Shown here piece after piece: positions 20,766 through 30,302 of a DNA stretch of 64,000 nt. The translations under genes were made by a program, and so were the position numbers. Origin of the DNA: a bacterium (lineage in GTDB: Bacteria; SAR324; XYD2-FULL-50-16; G965216635); NCBI GenBank assembly GCA_965216635.1, contig OZ244188.1, positions 1,984,001 to 2,048,000 of the forward strand, read 5' to 3'. The first letter of the stretch is position 1; every line of letters begins with the position of its first letter. The notes beneath the pieces are model-generated. The model had not been told where the DNA came from, did no database searches, and saw nothing but the letters and a program-made list of their open reading frames with translations.

Positions 20766-21187
20766 ATGTAGGTCTGTAGAGACGTCCTATATGGGCGTCT
20801 CATAAATTTAGAACGTTTATTAAAATATGTAGGTCTGTAGAGACGTCCTATATGGGCGTCTTATAAATTTAGAACGTTTATTAAAATATGTAGGTCTGTA
20901 GAGACGTCCTATATGGGCGTCTCATAAATTTAGAACGTTTATTAAAATATGTAGGTCTGTAGAGACGTCCTATATGGGCGTCTCATAAATTTAGAACGTT
21001 TATTAAAATATGTAGGTCTGTAGAGACGTCCTATATGGGCGTCTCATAAATTTAGAACGTTTATTAAAATATGTAGGTCTGTAGAGACGTCCTATATGGG
21101 CGTCTCATAAATTTAGAACGTTTATTAAAAACAGCTTTTTGTGGTTTATGCACATCGTATAAGACGCCCTGTAGGGCGTCTCTACAT
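20766..21187. repeat. GTAG-REP array 2: six 61-bp units plus an inverted terminal REP
   Basis: Units start at 20766, 20827, 20888, 20949, 21010, 21071; no unique spacers. Confidence 0.95.
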
Positions 21188-21222
21188 GTTATGCTATAAA
21201 ATTCCCTGCAGTTTTTTTTTTC

Positions 21223-22623
21223 TTAAAAACTCAAGTGGAAGGAGATGCTGATGACGAGGGGTGCTTTGAGCTCGGCATTGGTCTCTGTGGTTGTGGTTGT
21301 CTGAGTTTCTGAGGCTCCTGCTGGAATCTGGAATTTGTTTATATATACAGTTCTGCTGAGGACTTGGGTTACTTCTATTCTGCGATCAGAATCAAGACCT
21401 TCGTAATAGAAGCTGGTTACACCAGAAGGAACCCCCACCTTTTGGTGTCCCAATGTTGCTGAATCACCCCGTACAGTCTTTGTTTTTTCAAAAGAGTCTA
21501 ACACAATGGGAGTAGTAGTATTAGCAGCAGTATTATTAGTAGTGACACTACTTTTTAGAGAAACCCCCGAGATATACTTCGTCAAGCCAAAATTAAGCGA
21601 TAGGTTGGGGGTCAAGTTTCGCTTATAGCCGATCTGAATCGCGGGACTTGTGGTAGAGGCGCTAGTAGAACCATTGGCAGAATTGGTAAGCTTCATACTC
21701 GCTAGACCGCCTCCTACAAAAAAATCCTCGTTAAAAAAATAATCCGCCATAACTAGTGTATTGGCGAGATCGTTATCTCCCCCCTTGCCAGTAAAGTGAG
21801 TCAAGGAGGCTCTCCATTTTTCCCACCTAAAGCCGAATTGCAGACCAATACCTGAGAGTTTATCGCTCTTGCTGGTGGTTGTTCTTGGAACCGCATGTAC
21901 AGAAGTTGGAGTTAAAACTGAATCTGGAGTCGCAATCTGATAGTCTGGAATAGAGGTCCTGTCGGAGGAAAGATCACCGAAAAAGTATCTATAACAATAG
22001 GATTTTTCTTCCATTGTTCCTACAGAAAATAAATTATCAGAAGCATCTGCGGGAGTTACAGTATTAGCTAAATCCTGTTTTTCACCAGAATCAAAGGAGT
22101 TAAAATAGAGAAGACTAAAAAAGTATTCTTTAGGATTTCCCACTTCACCTGTATCAACACTTGTTTCTCCTCTTTCACAGTTTGCTTCTACTAAAGTTCT
22201 GATTCCAGTTGCTATTGCTCCTGTTGAACCTCCAGTCCAATAAGGATTCCCGCCGGTTGCGTCTATACTAGAGATTGTCACATATCCGCCATCGGGACGA
22301 TCTACAGCGATTCTATAGCCTGTAGTAGTAGCGTCAGTGATGGTTGTGATATTTGTGGTGACAAGTTTTGTGGTATCTACTTTAAAACCATTCAGATAGA
22401 CAAAACCAGCGAAAAATCCCTGTTTACTGCTCTGACCATTTGGGCTTCCATTCGCTTGGGCTTGCAGCTTGCTGCCTCCAAAAGTAAAGGCACTTCCTAT
22501 AAGAAGAGCGGGAATAAGAATAGCAGACAAAACGAAACGAACCAAAGTAAAACGAACTAAAGTAAAACGAACGTGCGAAAAAGCGAAAGTTTTCCTTAAA
22601 ACTTGAGAATTTATGTTTTTCAT
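21223..22623 (-). CDS. predicted outer-membrane beta-barrel protein, paralog 2
   Basis: Same scaffold as paralogs 1 and 3; start set at MKNINSQVLRK (22623) by homology. Confidence 0.75.
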   Translation of the reverse strand: MKNINSQVLRKTFAFSHVRFTLVRFTLVRFVLSAILIPALLIGSAFTFGGSKLQAQANGSPNGQSSKQGFFAGFVYLNGFKVDTTKLVTTNITTITDATTTGYRIAVDRPDGGYVTISSIDATGGNPYWTGGSTGAIATGIRTLVEANCERGETSVDTGEVGNPKEYFFSLLYFNSFDSGEKQDLANTVTPADASDNLFSVGTMEEKSYCYRYFFGDLSSDRTSIPDYQIATPDSVLTPTSVHAVPRTTTSKSDKLSGIGLQFGFRWEKWRASLTHFTGKGGDNDLANTLVMADYFFNEDFFVGGGLASMKLTNSANGSTSASTTSPAIQIGYKRNLTPNLSLNFGLTKYISGVSLKSSVTTNNTAANTTTPIVLDSFEKTKTVRGDSATLGHQKVGVPSGVTSFYYEGLDSDRRIEVTQVLSRTVYINKFQIPAGASETQTTTTTETNAELKAPLVISISFHLSF

Positions 22624-22815
22624 AATCGTGTAGATAATTAAATTTAGGTTAAATAACAAAACTTCATAAAGACTACCAGAAAAAAAAATAATAGCAAACT
22701 TTTGGCTATTGGCATCTTTTTATTTTTTCTGCTTATTTTTTATTAGAATTACAGAAAAACACTTTAAAAGCAAATAAAAAAAACAAATACATTGCAGGGA
22801 GGTATTTTTTATTTT

Positions 22816-23237
22816 ATGTAGGTCTGTAGAGACGTCCTATATGGGCGTCTCATAAATTTAGAACGTTTATTAAAATATGTAGGTCTGTAGAGACGTCCTA
22901 TATGGGCGTCTTATAAATTTAGAACGTTTATTAAAATATGTAGGTCTGTAGAGACGTCCTATATGGGCGTCTCATAAATTTAGAACGTTTATTAAAATAT
23001 GTAGGTCTGTAGAGACGTCCTATATGGGCGTCTCATAAATTTAGAACGTTTATTAAAATATGTAGGTCTGTAGAGACGTCCTATATGGGCGTCTCATAAA
23101 TTTAGAACGTTTATTAAAATATGTAGGTCTGTAGAGACGTCCTATATGGGCGTCTCATAAATTTAGAACGTTTATTAAAAACAGCTTTTTGTGGTTTATG
23201 CACATCGTATAAGACGCCCTGTAGGGCGTCTCTACAT
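22816..23237. repeat. GTAG-REP array 3: six 61-bp units plus an inverted terminal REP
   Basis: Units start at 22816 through 23121; appears identical to array 2. Confidence 0.95.
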
Positions 23238-23271
23238 GTTATGCTATAAAATTCCCTGCAGTTTTTTTTTC

Positions 23272-24654
23272 TTAAAAACTCAAGTGGAAGGAGATGCTGA
23301 TGACGAGGGGTGCTTTGAGTTCGGCATCGGTTTCTGTGGTTGTTTCTGTTGTTTCTTCTGTTGTGGTTTCAGTGCCAGTCTCAATAGTTTTCTCGAAATC
23401 AACGGGTCTGCTTTTAACTTGGGTAACGGAAGCTCTAAAATCCTGGGATTCGTTTATGCGATACACAGAATAGTTCTTTTTCCCCCCACCTTCTAGCTCA
23501 AATTGAACCTCTCTATGTCCTATAAATATTAATGTTTCTTCTTTCTGTGTAGTGCTACCGCTGGTTGTAGGACCTTCTAAATTGAGATCGGGAGCAGAAA
23601 TATAGGAAGTATTTGTCGGAGCTGTGCTATTTTTTAGAGAAACCCCCGAGATATACTTCGTCAAGCCAAAATTAAGCGACAGGTTGGAGGTTAAGTTCTG
23701 CTTATAGCCGATCTGAATCGCGGGACTAATAGCAGATTCACTGGTAGAGCCATTGGTAGAATTAGTAAGCTTCATACTCGCTAGACCGCCTCCTACAAAA
23801 AAATCCTTGTTTACAAAATAATCCGCCATTACCAATGTATTGGCGAGCTCGTTAGCTCCCCCCTTGCCAGTAAAGTGAGTCAAGGAGGCTCTCCATTTTT
23901 CCCACCTAAAGCCGAATTGCAGACCAATACCTGAGAGTTTATCGCTCTCGTTAGTTGGTGTTGATGCGGTTGTTTGTGGTGTTGTTGTTGTTATTGAACC
24001 TCGCACTATATCATCTGTGGTCACTGTAAAATTATCCAACAAGGTTATAGTATCAAGGTGATTTTTACACGCATTAGAGGTCAAAAAAGGGGCACCGCTA
24101 CTATCGGTTTTTGTGACGCTATCAGAAGTGCCTACATCAAAGCTATTCAAATTAGTCCTTGTAAGAGAATACTTTCCATCGGTTGTTGCTCCTGTTTCAC
24201 AGTTTGCTACTACAACTTTTGCTATTCCGAGTTTCACATTATTAATATAATTAAGGTGGATAAATTTAACGTCTATGCTACTAGTAGTGATAATTGGCGA
24301 ATATCCAATAAATTTATATGATGTTCTGGTAGCATCAGCAATACTATTAATAGCATTAGTGACTCTAGTGGTTTTAGTGCTGCTATCCACTTTAAAACCA
24401 TTTAGATAGACAAAACCAGCGAAAAATCCCAGCTTGCTACTACCATTCGCTTGGGCTTGCAGCTTGCTGTCTCCAAAAGTAAAGGCACTTCCTATAAGAA
24501 GAGCAGGAATAAGAATAGCCGCCAAAACGAAACGAGCCAGAGTAAAACGAACCAAAGTAAAACGAACCAAAACGAAACGAGCCAAAGTAAAACGAGCCAA
24601 AGTAAAACGAACAGCTGAAGTTTTCCTTAAAACTTGGGAATTTATGTTTTTCAT
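23272..24654 (-). CDS. predicted outer-membrane beta-barrel protein, paralog 3
   Basis: Same scaffold; leader carries six 15-bp repeats (24522-24611). Confidence 0.75.
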   Translation of the reverse strand: MKNINSQVLRKTSAVRFTLARFTLARFVLVRFTLVRFTLARFVLAAILIPALLIGSAFTFGDSKLQAQANGSSKLGFFAGFVYLNGFKVDSSTKTTRVTNAINSIADATRTSYKFIGYSPIITTSSIDVKFIHLNYINNVKLGIAKVVVANCETGATTDGKYSLTRTNLNSFDVGTSDSVTKTDSSGAPFLTSNACKNHLDTITLLDNFTVTTDDIVRGSITTTTPQTTASTPTNESDKLSGIGLQFGFRWEKWRASLTHFTGKGGANELANTLVMADYFVNKDFFVGGGLASMKLTNSTNGSTSESAISPAIQIGYKQNLTSNLSLNFGLTKYISGVSLKNSTAPTNTSYISAPDLNLEGPTTSGSTTQKEETLIFIGHREVQFELEGGGKKNYSVYRINESQDFRASVTQVKSRPVDFEKTIETGTETTTEETTETTTETDAELKAPLVISISFHLSF

Positions 24655-24939
24655 AATCGTAGATAATTAGAATTTAGGTTAAATAACAAAACTTCATAAA
24701 GACTAACAGAAAAAAAAAATAATAGCAAACTTTTTATTGGTTATTGGCATCTTTTTATCTTTTCTGAATATTTCTTATAAAGAATAATTATAAAAAAACA
24801 CCTTCTTGTCAAGCTATTTATTGGCTATTGGCAGTTTATTTTTCTTTTTGGGCTGTTTTTTACAAAAAATAATAAAACTTGTTTTTTTTGAAAAAATATT
24901 GAATATTTTAGACAAGAATTTTGTTTTAAGACTATTTTC

Positions 24940-25105
24940 TACATAAAACACTGATACTTGTTGAATTAGCCAAACTCAAAGATCTAAAGTATTTACATAA
25001 AACACTGATACTTGTTGAATTAGCCAAATTCAAAGGTCTCAAGTATTTACATAAAACACTGATACTTGTTGAATTAGCCAAACTCAAAGATCTAAAGTAT
25101 TTACA
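24940..25105. repeat. 54-bp tandem repeat x3
   Basis: Units start at 24940, 24994, 25048; each contains a ttgaattagccaaa(t/c)tcaaag core. Confidence 0.9.
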
Positions 25106-25143
25106 AAAGTATTTAGATGAGTTTATGTTTAGATATAATCTTT

Positions 25144-25178
25144 ATAGACCTTTGAATTTGGCAAATTCAAAAGTCTAT
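25144..25178. mobile_element. minimal MITE (two TIRs only)
   Basis: atagacctttgaatttg-g-caaattcaaaagtctat. Confidence 0.8.
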
Positions 25179-25233
25179 TTATCTCAAAAGTGATAAAAAT
25201 CCCTTATATTAAACTAAAACTTCCTAAAACAAA

Positions 25234-26394
25234 ATGAAAAAAAATTGGAAATTTACTACCCGAGCAGTACATATCGGAAGTGAGATTGATGAGACTACAG
25301 GAGCTGTTATTCCTCCGATTTACCAAACTAGTACTTTCGCCCAAAAATCTCCGGGTGAACATAAAGGCTATGAATACACTCGTACCCATAATCCAACACG
25401 GACTCGTTTAGAGCGATGCTTGGCTACTTTAGAAAATGCAAAATACGCTTTAGTTACAGCCTCTTGCTTGTCGGCTACTGATTTGATTCTGCATAGCCTT
25501 CCCAAAAATTCAAATGTGCTTTCTAGTGATGATATTTATGGTGGAACTTTTCGCCAGTTTGAAACCGTCTACAAAGAAAATCTCAATTTTTCTTACCTGG
25601 ATATGAGTGATTTAGAACAAGTAAAGCGGGCTATAACAGAAAAAAAACCTTCCTTGATTTGGTTAGAAAGCCTAACTAACCCTTTATTAAAAATTTGCGA
25701 TTTTAGAAAAATAGAGTCTCTTAAAAAAGACGCCAAAAATGAGGCTTTAATTGTGGTAGATAATACAATGCTCAGTCCTTATTTTTGCAATCCGCTGGGT
25801 TTAGGGGCAGATATAGTAATTCACTCAGCAACCAAATTTATTAACGGGCATAGCGATGCAATTGCAGGTGCTTTAATGACGAACAACCAAGAAGTTTACG
25901 AAAAACTTTTTACACTGCAAAATGCGGTAGGTCCTTGCCATTCTCCTTTTGATTCTTGGCTTGTTTTAAGAGGAGTCAAAACCCTTGCTTTAAGGATGGA
26001 AAGATCTCAAGCGAATGCAATAAAAATTGCCGAGTATTTACAAACGCATCCGAAAGTAGAGAAAACAATTTATCCCGCACTTTCAAGTCATCCTCAGCAT
26101 CTTTTGGCAAAAGAAATGTTGAGTGGATTTGGGGCTATGATTAGTTTTTTTCTTAAAGGAGGTTTGAAGGAAAGCCGTCAGTTTTTATCTAGCTGCAAAT
26201 TATTTACACTCGCAGAAAGTTTAGGGGGAGTGGAAAGTCTTATTGAGCACCCTGCTATTATGACTCACGCATCCATCCCTAAAGCAGAAAGAGAAAAACT
26301 AGGTATAGCCGATAATTTCATTAGAATTTCTGTTGGCATTGAAGATGCTGAAGATTTGATTGAGGATTTAGAATCTGCTTTTAAAACTATTTAG
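25234..26394 (+). CDS. cystathionine gamma-synthase/gamma-lyase family PLP enzyme
   Basis: PPIYQTSTF, YTRTHNPT, DNT, HSATKFINGHSD, LAESLGGVESL. Confidence 0.93.
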   Translation: MKKNWKFTTRAVHIGSEIDETTGAVIPPIYQTSTFAQKSPGEHKGYEYTRTHNPTRTRLERCLATLENAKYALVTASCLSATDLILHSLPKNSNVLSSDDIYGGTFRQFETVYKENLNFSYLDMSDLEQVKRAITEKKPSLIWLESLTNPLLKICDFRKIESLKKDAKNEALIVVDNTMLSPYFCNPLGLGADIVIHSATKFINGHSDAIAGALMTNNQEVYEKLFTLQNAVGPCHSPFDSWLVLRGVKTLALRMERSQANAIKIAEYLQTHPKVEKTIYPALSSHPQHLLAKEMLSGFGAMISFFLKGGLKESRQFLSSCKLFTLAESLGGVESLIEHPAIMTHASIPKAEREKLGIADNFIRISVGIEDAEDLIEDLESAFKTI

Positions 26395-26629
26395 AGACTT
26401 TTGCACTACTAGATTTTTCTTTTATCTCCAAGATTAAAGCAAATAACTCTTTAAACTTCACAAAATCACTTTCACAAAAAAACAGTTTCAGTAAAAAATA
26501 TCTTGTTAGGTATGTAAATGAATTTACTTTTAGAGTAATAAGGGATGGTTGTTAGATTGACATACTAGATAGGATTGAAACTGTTATGACAATATGTTTA
26601 GCAGTGAATAACTTATAAAGAATTGATGA

Positions 26630-28495
26630 ATGGCACACGAACAATACACTGAAGATTTAACCTTACGAGAAATGAGATGTCGTATTGGTAAAAATGATTT
26701 TGGATTTGTTTTCCCACAAGGCGATGTATCTTCATTAGATAAAGTTGAATTGTTATTAAAAAGAGCTGGTGGAAAACCAAAAGAATGTAATCTAGATGAT
26801 TTTTCATTTGGTGGTAAAGGTCAAGCTAAACCAGAATATGTGATTACCTTTAATGATGATGCTACAACTATTGTAGTCGTTGAATGTAAAAAACAAATAA
26901 AACAACACGAGACAGAAAAAAAGAGCAAACCAAGTGCTTATGCTGTAGATGGTGTGCTATATTACGCCAAATTTTTAAAACAAGAATATAATGTAGTTGC
27001 CGTCGCTGTAAGCGGAACAAAGAAAGAAAATATTAAAGTCTCTACATTCTATTGGTCTAAAGGGCAAGATAGTTTTAACGAGTTAAAGAAAGCAAAAGAT
27101 ATAATTCTTGAACCAAAAAATTACATAGAACTAATAAAGGGGAAAAAACTAAAAAAATCTTATTCTCTAGATGAAATTAGGAACACGGCAATAGATATGC
27201 ACGAATATCTAAGGGAAATAAAAATTTCTGAAAAATATAAACCAATATTAATAGCAGGTATTCTTATAGCTTTAGACGATGAAGATTTTATCAAAATCTA
27301 TAATTCTTTACCCTCTTTTGATTCTGTTATCTCAAATTTGCAAAGTGCGATAGAAAATGTTTTAAAGAATAGTGAAATCAAATCCAATAGAATAGATTAT
27401 ATCAAACAAGCCTTTAAAGTTTTGGGTGACAACTCTAAGTTTAAAGCAATTCAACTAGGTCATAAAAAATCAATAACTTGGTATGTAGAGCAGCTAGAGT
27501 TAAAAATCAAACCTATGATAGATTATGCTGATTCAACAGTTGACGCCTTAGGTGTGTTTTATCACGAGTTCATTAAATATTCAGGTGGTGATGGATCTGG
27601 TTTAGGAATTGTATTAACCCCGCAACATCTTACTGAATTTATGTGTGAATTAGCTAATGTCAACAAAAACAGTAAAGCAGTGGATATATGTTGTGGTTCT
27701 GGATCTTTCCTGATTACTGCGATGGCTAAAATGTTTCAAGAAGCCAATCAAAATGAAGTAGAGGTTATTTGTAATGAAAGATTACATGGAGTTGAGTTTG
27801 ACGATGAACTATATTCTTTAGCAATTGCAAATATGATAATTAGAAAAGATGGTAAATCAAATATTCATTACGGAGATTGCTTTGATGATTCTATAAAAAA
27901 AGAGCTTTCTGATAAAGGAATAAATGTTGGTCTTATCAATCCACCTTATTCTCAATCTGATAAAGTGGAGTTAGAATTTTTAGAACAATTGCTAGATATT
28001 CTAGTTTCAGGTGGCGTAGGAGTATGTATAGTTCCAATGTCCTGCGCAGTAGGTACAAAGTTTAAAGAGGTTAGAGAAAGACTAATGAAAAAACACAGCC
28101 TAAAAGCAGTTTTTTCTATGCCAGATGATATTTTTTATCCTGCAGGTACAACAGTAACTTGCGTTATGGTTTGGGAGGCACACAATCCACATGATACTAA
28201 CCAAGAAACATTTTTTGGATTTTATAAGGATGATGGATTAATAAAAAGAAAAAAACTAGGACGTATAGATTTTTATGAGAACTGGAATGATATAAAAAAA
28301 GAATGGCTTGCTCTTTATAGAAATAGAGATATAAAAGCGGGATATAGTGTAAGGCAATCTGTATCTTATAAAGATGAATGGTGTGCTGAAGCTTATATGG
28401 AAACAGACTATGAATTGCTAGTCAAGGATGATTTTGAACAAGTAATTTTAGATTTTATTGCTTTTCAAGTATCTAATTCTAAAAAAGTAGGTTAA
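26630..28495 (+). CDS. BcgI-like (type IIB) fused endonuclease-methyltransferase alpha subunit
   Basis: N-terminal PE..(x)n..ECK nuclease motif, LGIVLTP, DICCGSGSFL, NPPYSQ. Confidence 0.85.
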   Translation: MAHEQYTEDLTLREMRCRIGKNDFGFVFPQGDVSSLDKVELLLKRAGGKPKECNLDDFSFGGKGQAKPEYVITFNDDATTIVVVECKKQIKQHETEKKSKPSAYAVDGVLYYAKFLKQEYNVVAVAVSGTKKENIKVSTFYWSKGQDSFNELKKAKDIILEPKNYIELIKGKKLKKSYSLDEIRNTAIDMHEYLREIKISEKYKPILIAGILIALDDEDFIKIYNSLPSFDSVISNLQSAIENVLKNSEIKSNRIDYIKQAFKVLGDNSKFKAIQLGHKKSITWYVEQLELKIKPMIDYADSTVDALGVFYHEFIKYSGGDGSGLGIVLTPQHLTEFMCELANVNKNSKAVDICCGSGSFLITAMAKMFQEANQNEVEVICNERLHGVEFDDELYSLAIANMIIRKDGKSNIHYGDCFDDSIKKELSDKGINVGLINPPYSQSDKVELEFLEQLLDILVSGGVGVCIVPMSCAVGTKFKEVRERLMKKHSLKAVFSMPDDIFYPAGTTVTCVMVWEAHNPHDTNQETFFGFYKDDGLIKRKKLGRIDFYENWNDIKKEWLALYRNRDIKAGYSVRQSVSYKDEWCAEAYMETDYELLVKDDFEQVILDFIAFQVSNSKKVG

Positions 28496-28498
28496 AAA

Positions 28499-29497
28499 AT
28501 GTTATGCGAATTGTTTGAAAATATAAAATGGAAATACTTTAAATATCAAGATGTTTTTTCAATCAAAAAAGGTAAAAGGCTTACGCTTCAAGAACAAGAA
28601 AAAGGAAATACTCCTTATATTAGTTCGTCTTCTTTAAATAATGGTGTAGATAATTATATTAACAATGGATATACAGATAAAAATTGTTTGAGTTTTGCTT
28701 GTTATGGTTCTATTGGATGTGTTTTTTATCACCCGAATAAAGTTTGGATTTCTGATAATTGTAATGCAATTTATCTAAAAAAAAAAGAATTAAATGAAAA
28801 TCTGGCTATGTTTTTAATACCCATCTTAGAATTAGAAAAATACAGGTTTTCTTATGGTATAACAGCAAAGTTAGAAAGACTAAAAAAATTTAAAATCAAA
28901 TTGCCTGTTAGAAATAATTCAATAGATTGGAGTTTTATTGAAAAATATATTAAAAAAATAAAAAAAAATATTCGTTTCCCAGAATCTAGTAATATTTTAA
29001 ATAAAAAAATTGAATTAAATCACAGGCTGTGGAAATTTTTTTTATTAAATGAAATTTTTATATTGAAACGTGGAAAGAGATTAATAAAAGAGTGTAGAGA
29101 AAGAGGGACAGTACCTTTTGTCACAGCAGGGCAAACAAATTTAGGAGTTAAACAATATATTGATAGTTTAAACTTAGAACAAGAAGTTTTTAAAAATAGG
29201 ATTACGGTAGATATGTTTTGTAATAGCTATTATCAACTTAAAAAGTTTAGCTGTGATGACAACGTCCTTACATTGAAAAGCAAGTATGATATTAATAAAT
29301 ATGTTATTTTATTCATTGTAACCATAATTAAGCAAGATAAATATCGGTATCAATATGGTAGACAATATAGGCAAAAAAATTTTAACCAGCATAAGATCAA
29401 ACTTCCAGCAAAGCAAAATGAAAAAGGAGAATGTGAACCAGATTGGAAATTTATGGAAGACTATATTAAATCTTTACCATATTCGTCTAACATCTAA
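28499..29497 (+). CDS. R-M specificity (beta/S) subunit with two TRDs
   Basis: Internal duplication WKYF..KKGKRL...KIKLP...IDWSFIEKYI and WKFF..KRGKRL...KIKLP...PDWKFMEDYI. Confidence 0.88.
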   Translation: MLCELFENIKWKYFKYQDVFSIKKGKRLTLQEQEKGNTPYISSSSLNNGVDNYINNGYTDKNCLSFACYGSIGCVFYHPNKVWISDNCNAIYLKKKELNENLAMFLIPILELEKYRFSYGITAKLERLKKFKIKLPVRNNSIDWSFIEKYIKKIKKNIRFPESSNILNKKIELNHRLWKFFLLNEIFILKRGKRLIKECRERGTVPFVTAGQTNLGVKQYIDSLNLEQEVFKNRITVDMFCNSYYQLKKFSCDDNVLTLKSKYDINKYVILFIVTIIKQDKYRYQYGRQYRQKNFNQHKIKLPAKQNEKGECEPDWKFMEDYIKSLPYSSNI

Positions 29498-29578
29498 ATC
29501 GTAAAGTAACAAAAAACTTGGAACTTCGCATTACAGCCCTAGTAGATTAAATAACTAGAATACCTAATTCAAAAACTT

Positions 29579-30127
29579 TTATTTGAGGTCTTTTTCCATC
29601 ATTTCTAACCACCTATCTAAAAAAAGAATATCGCGTGCTGGTAGCTGATATTTTTCTTCTTCTAAAACCTCACTGAGTAGAGGACGAATAGCAAAAAAAT
29701 AGGATTCTCGCCACTGCGAATCTTTTTGAAATTTCACATCGTAGATAACTTCCCTTACGCCTATCGTTTGTGAAAAACTTGTGAATTGGGTTTTAAGATG
29801 AGGAGCAAAGAAATAAATCTCAAATTTTTCTCCTTTTTTTGTGGGTGAGAAAGAATATATCCCTTGCTCCTCGGGATAAACTAAAAACGCTCTTTTTTGG
29901 AAAAGATATTCATCAGGGTTTAGCTTTAAACCTGTGTGTTGATAAGCAAAAACAAGTACTAAAACATTATTTTCTTTGCTTAATTTTTTATTTGGTAAGG
30001 AAATAGTTCCAGAAGCTTCTGTGACAAACAAACCAGCCTTGCAACCAAAGAGTACTAAAAGCAAAGCAAAAATAATTATTCTTGCTATAGTTTTTTTTAG
30101 TATAGCTTTTCTTATTATTAGGGTCAT
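29579..30127 (-). CDS. putative lipoprotein
   Basis: Basic N-terminus, hydrophobic stretch and LFGC lipobox. Confidence 0.65.
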   Translation of the reverse strand: MTLIIRKAILKKTIARIIIFALLLVLFGCKAGLFVTEASGTISLPNKKLSKENNVLVLVFAYQHTGLKLNPDEYLFQKRAFLVYPEEQGIYSFSPTKKGEKFEIYFFAPHLKTQFTSFSQTIGVREVIYDVKFQKDSQWRESYFFAIRPLLSEVLEEEKYQLPARDILFLDRWLEMMEKDLK

Positions 30128-30302
30128 TTTTGTTTTAGTTGATTATTTTTAGTAAAAAGCTCTTTGAGTTTGCAGCGATTATCACACCTGCTCCAATCTC
30201 TTTTTTTGTATTTTAATCGCACAGGTTTGGTAGAAAAAACTAACCCACAATACTCACAGCGAACATTAGGGAATTTTTTTTTAGCCTCCACTAGAATAAC
30301 TG

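Noticed and set aside
18678..23237. 61-bp palindromic arrays as CRISPR
   Set aside because: Sequence between hairpins is identical with no unique spacers, no cas genes are present, and the hairpin has the GTAG-REP form
24522..24611. Opa-style ON/OFF phase variation
   Set aside because: The unit is 15 bp, so the frame is preserved
19095..24654. Diversity-generating retroelement as the source of OMP variation
   Set aside because: No reverse transcriptase and no TR/VR pair differing only at adenines; variation includes indels over long segments
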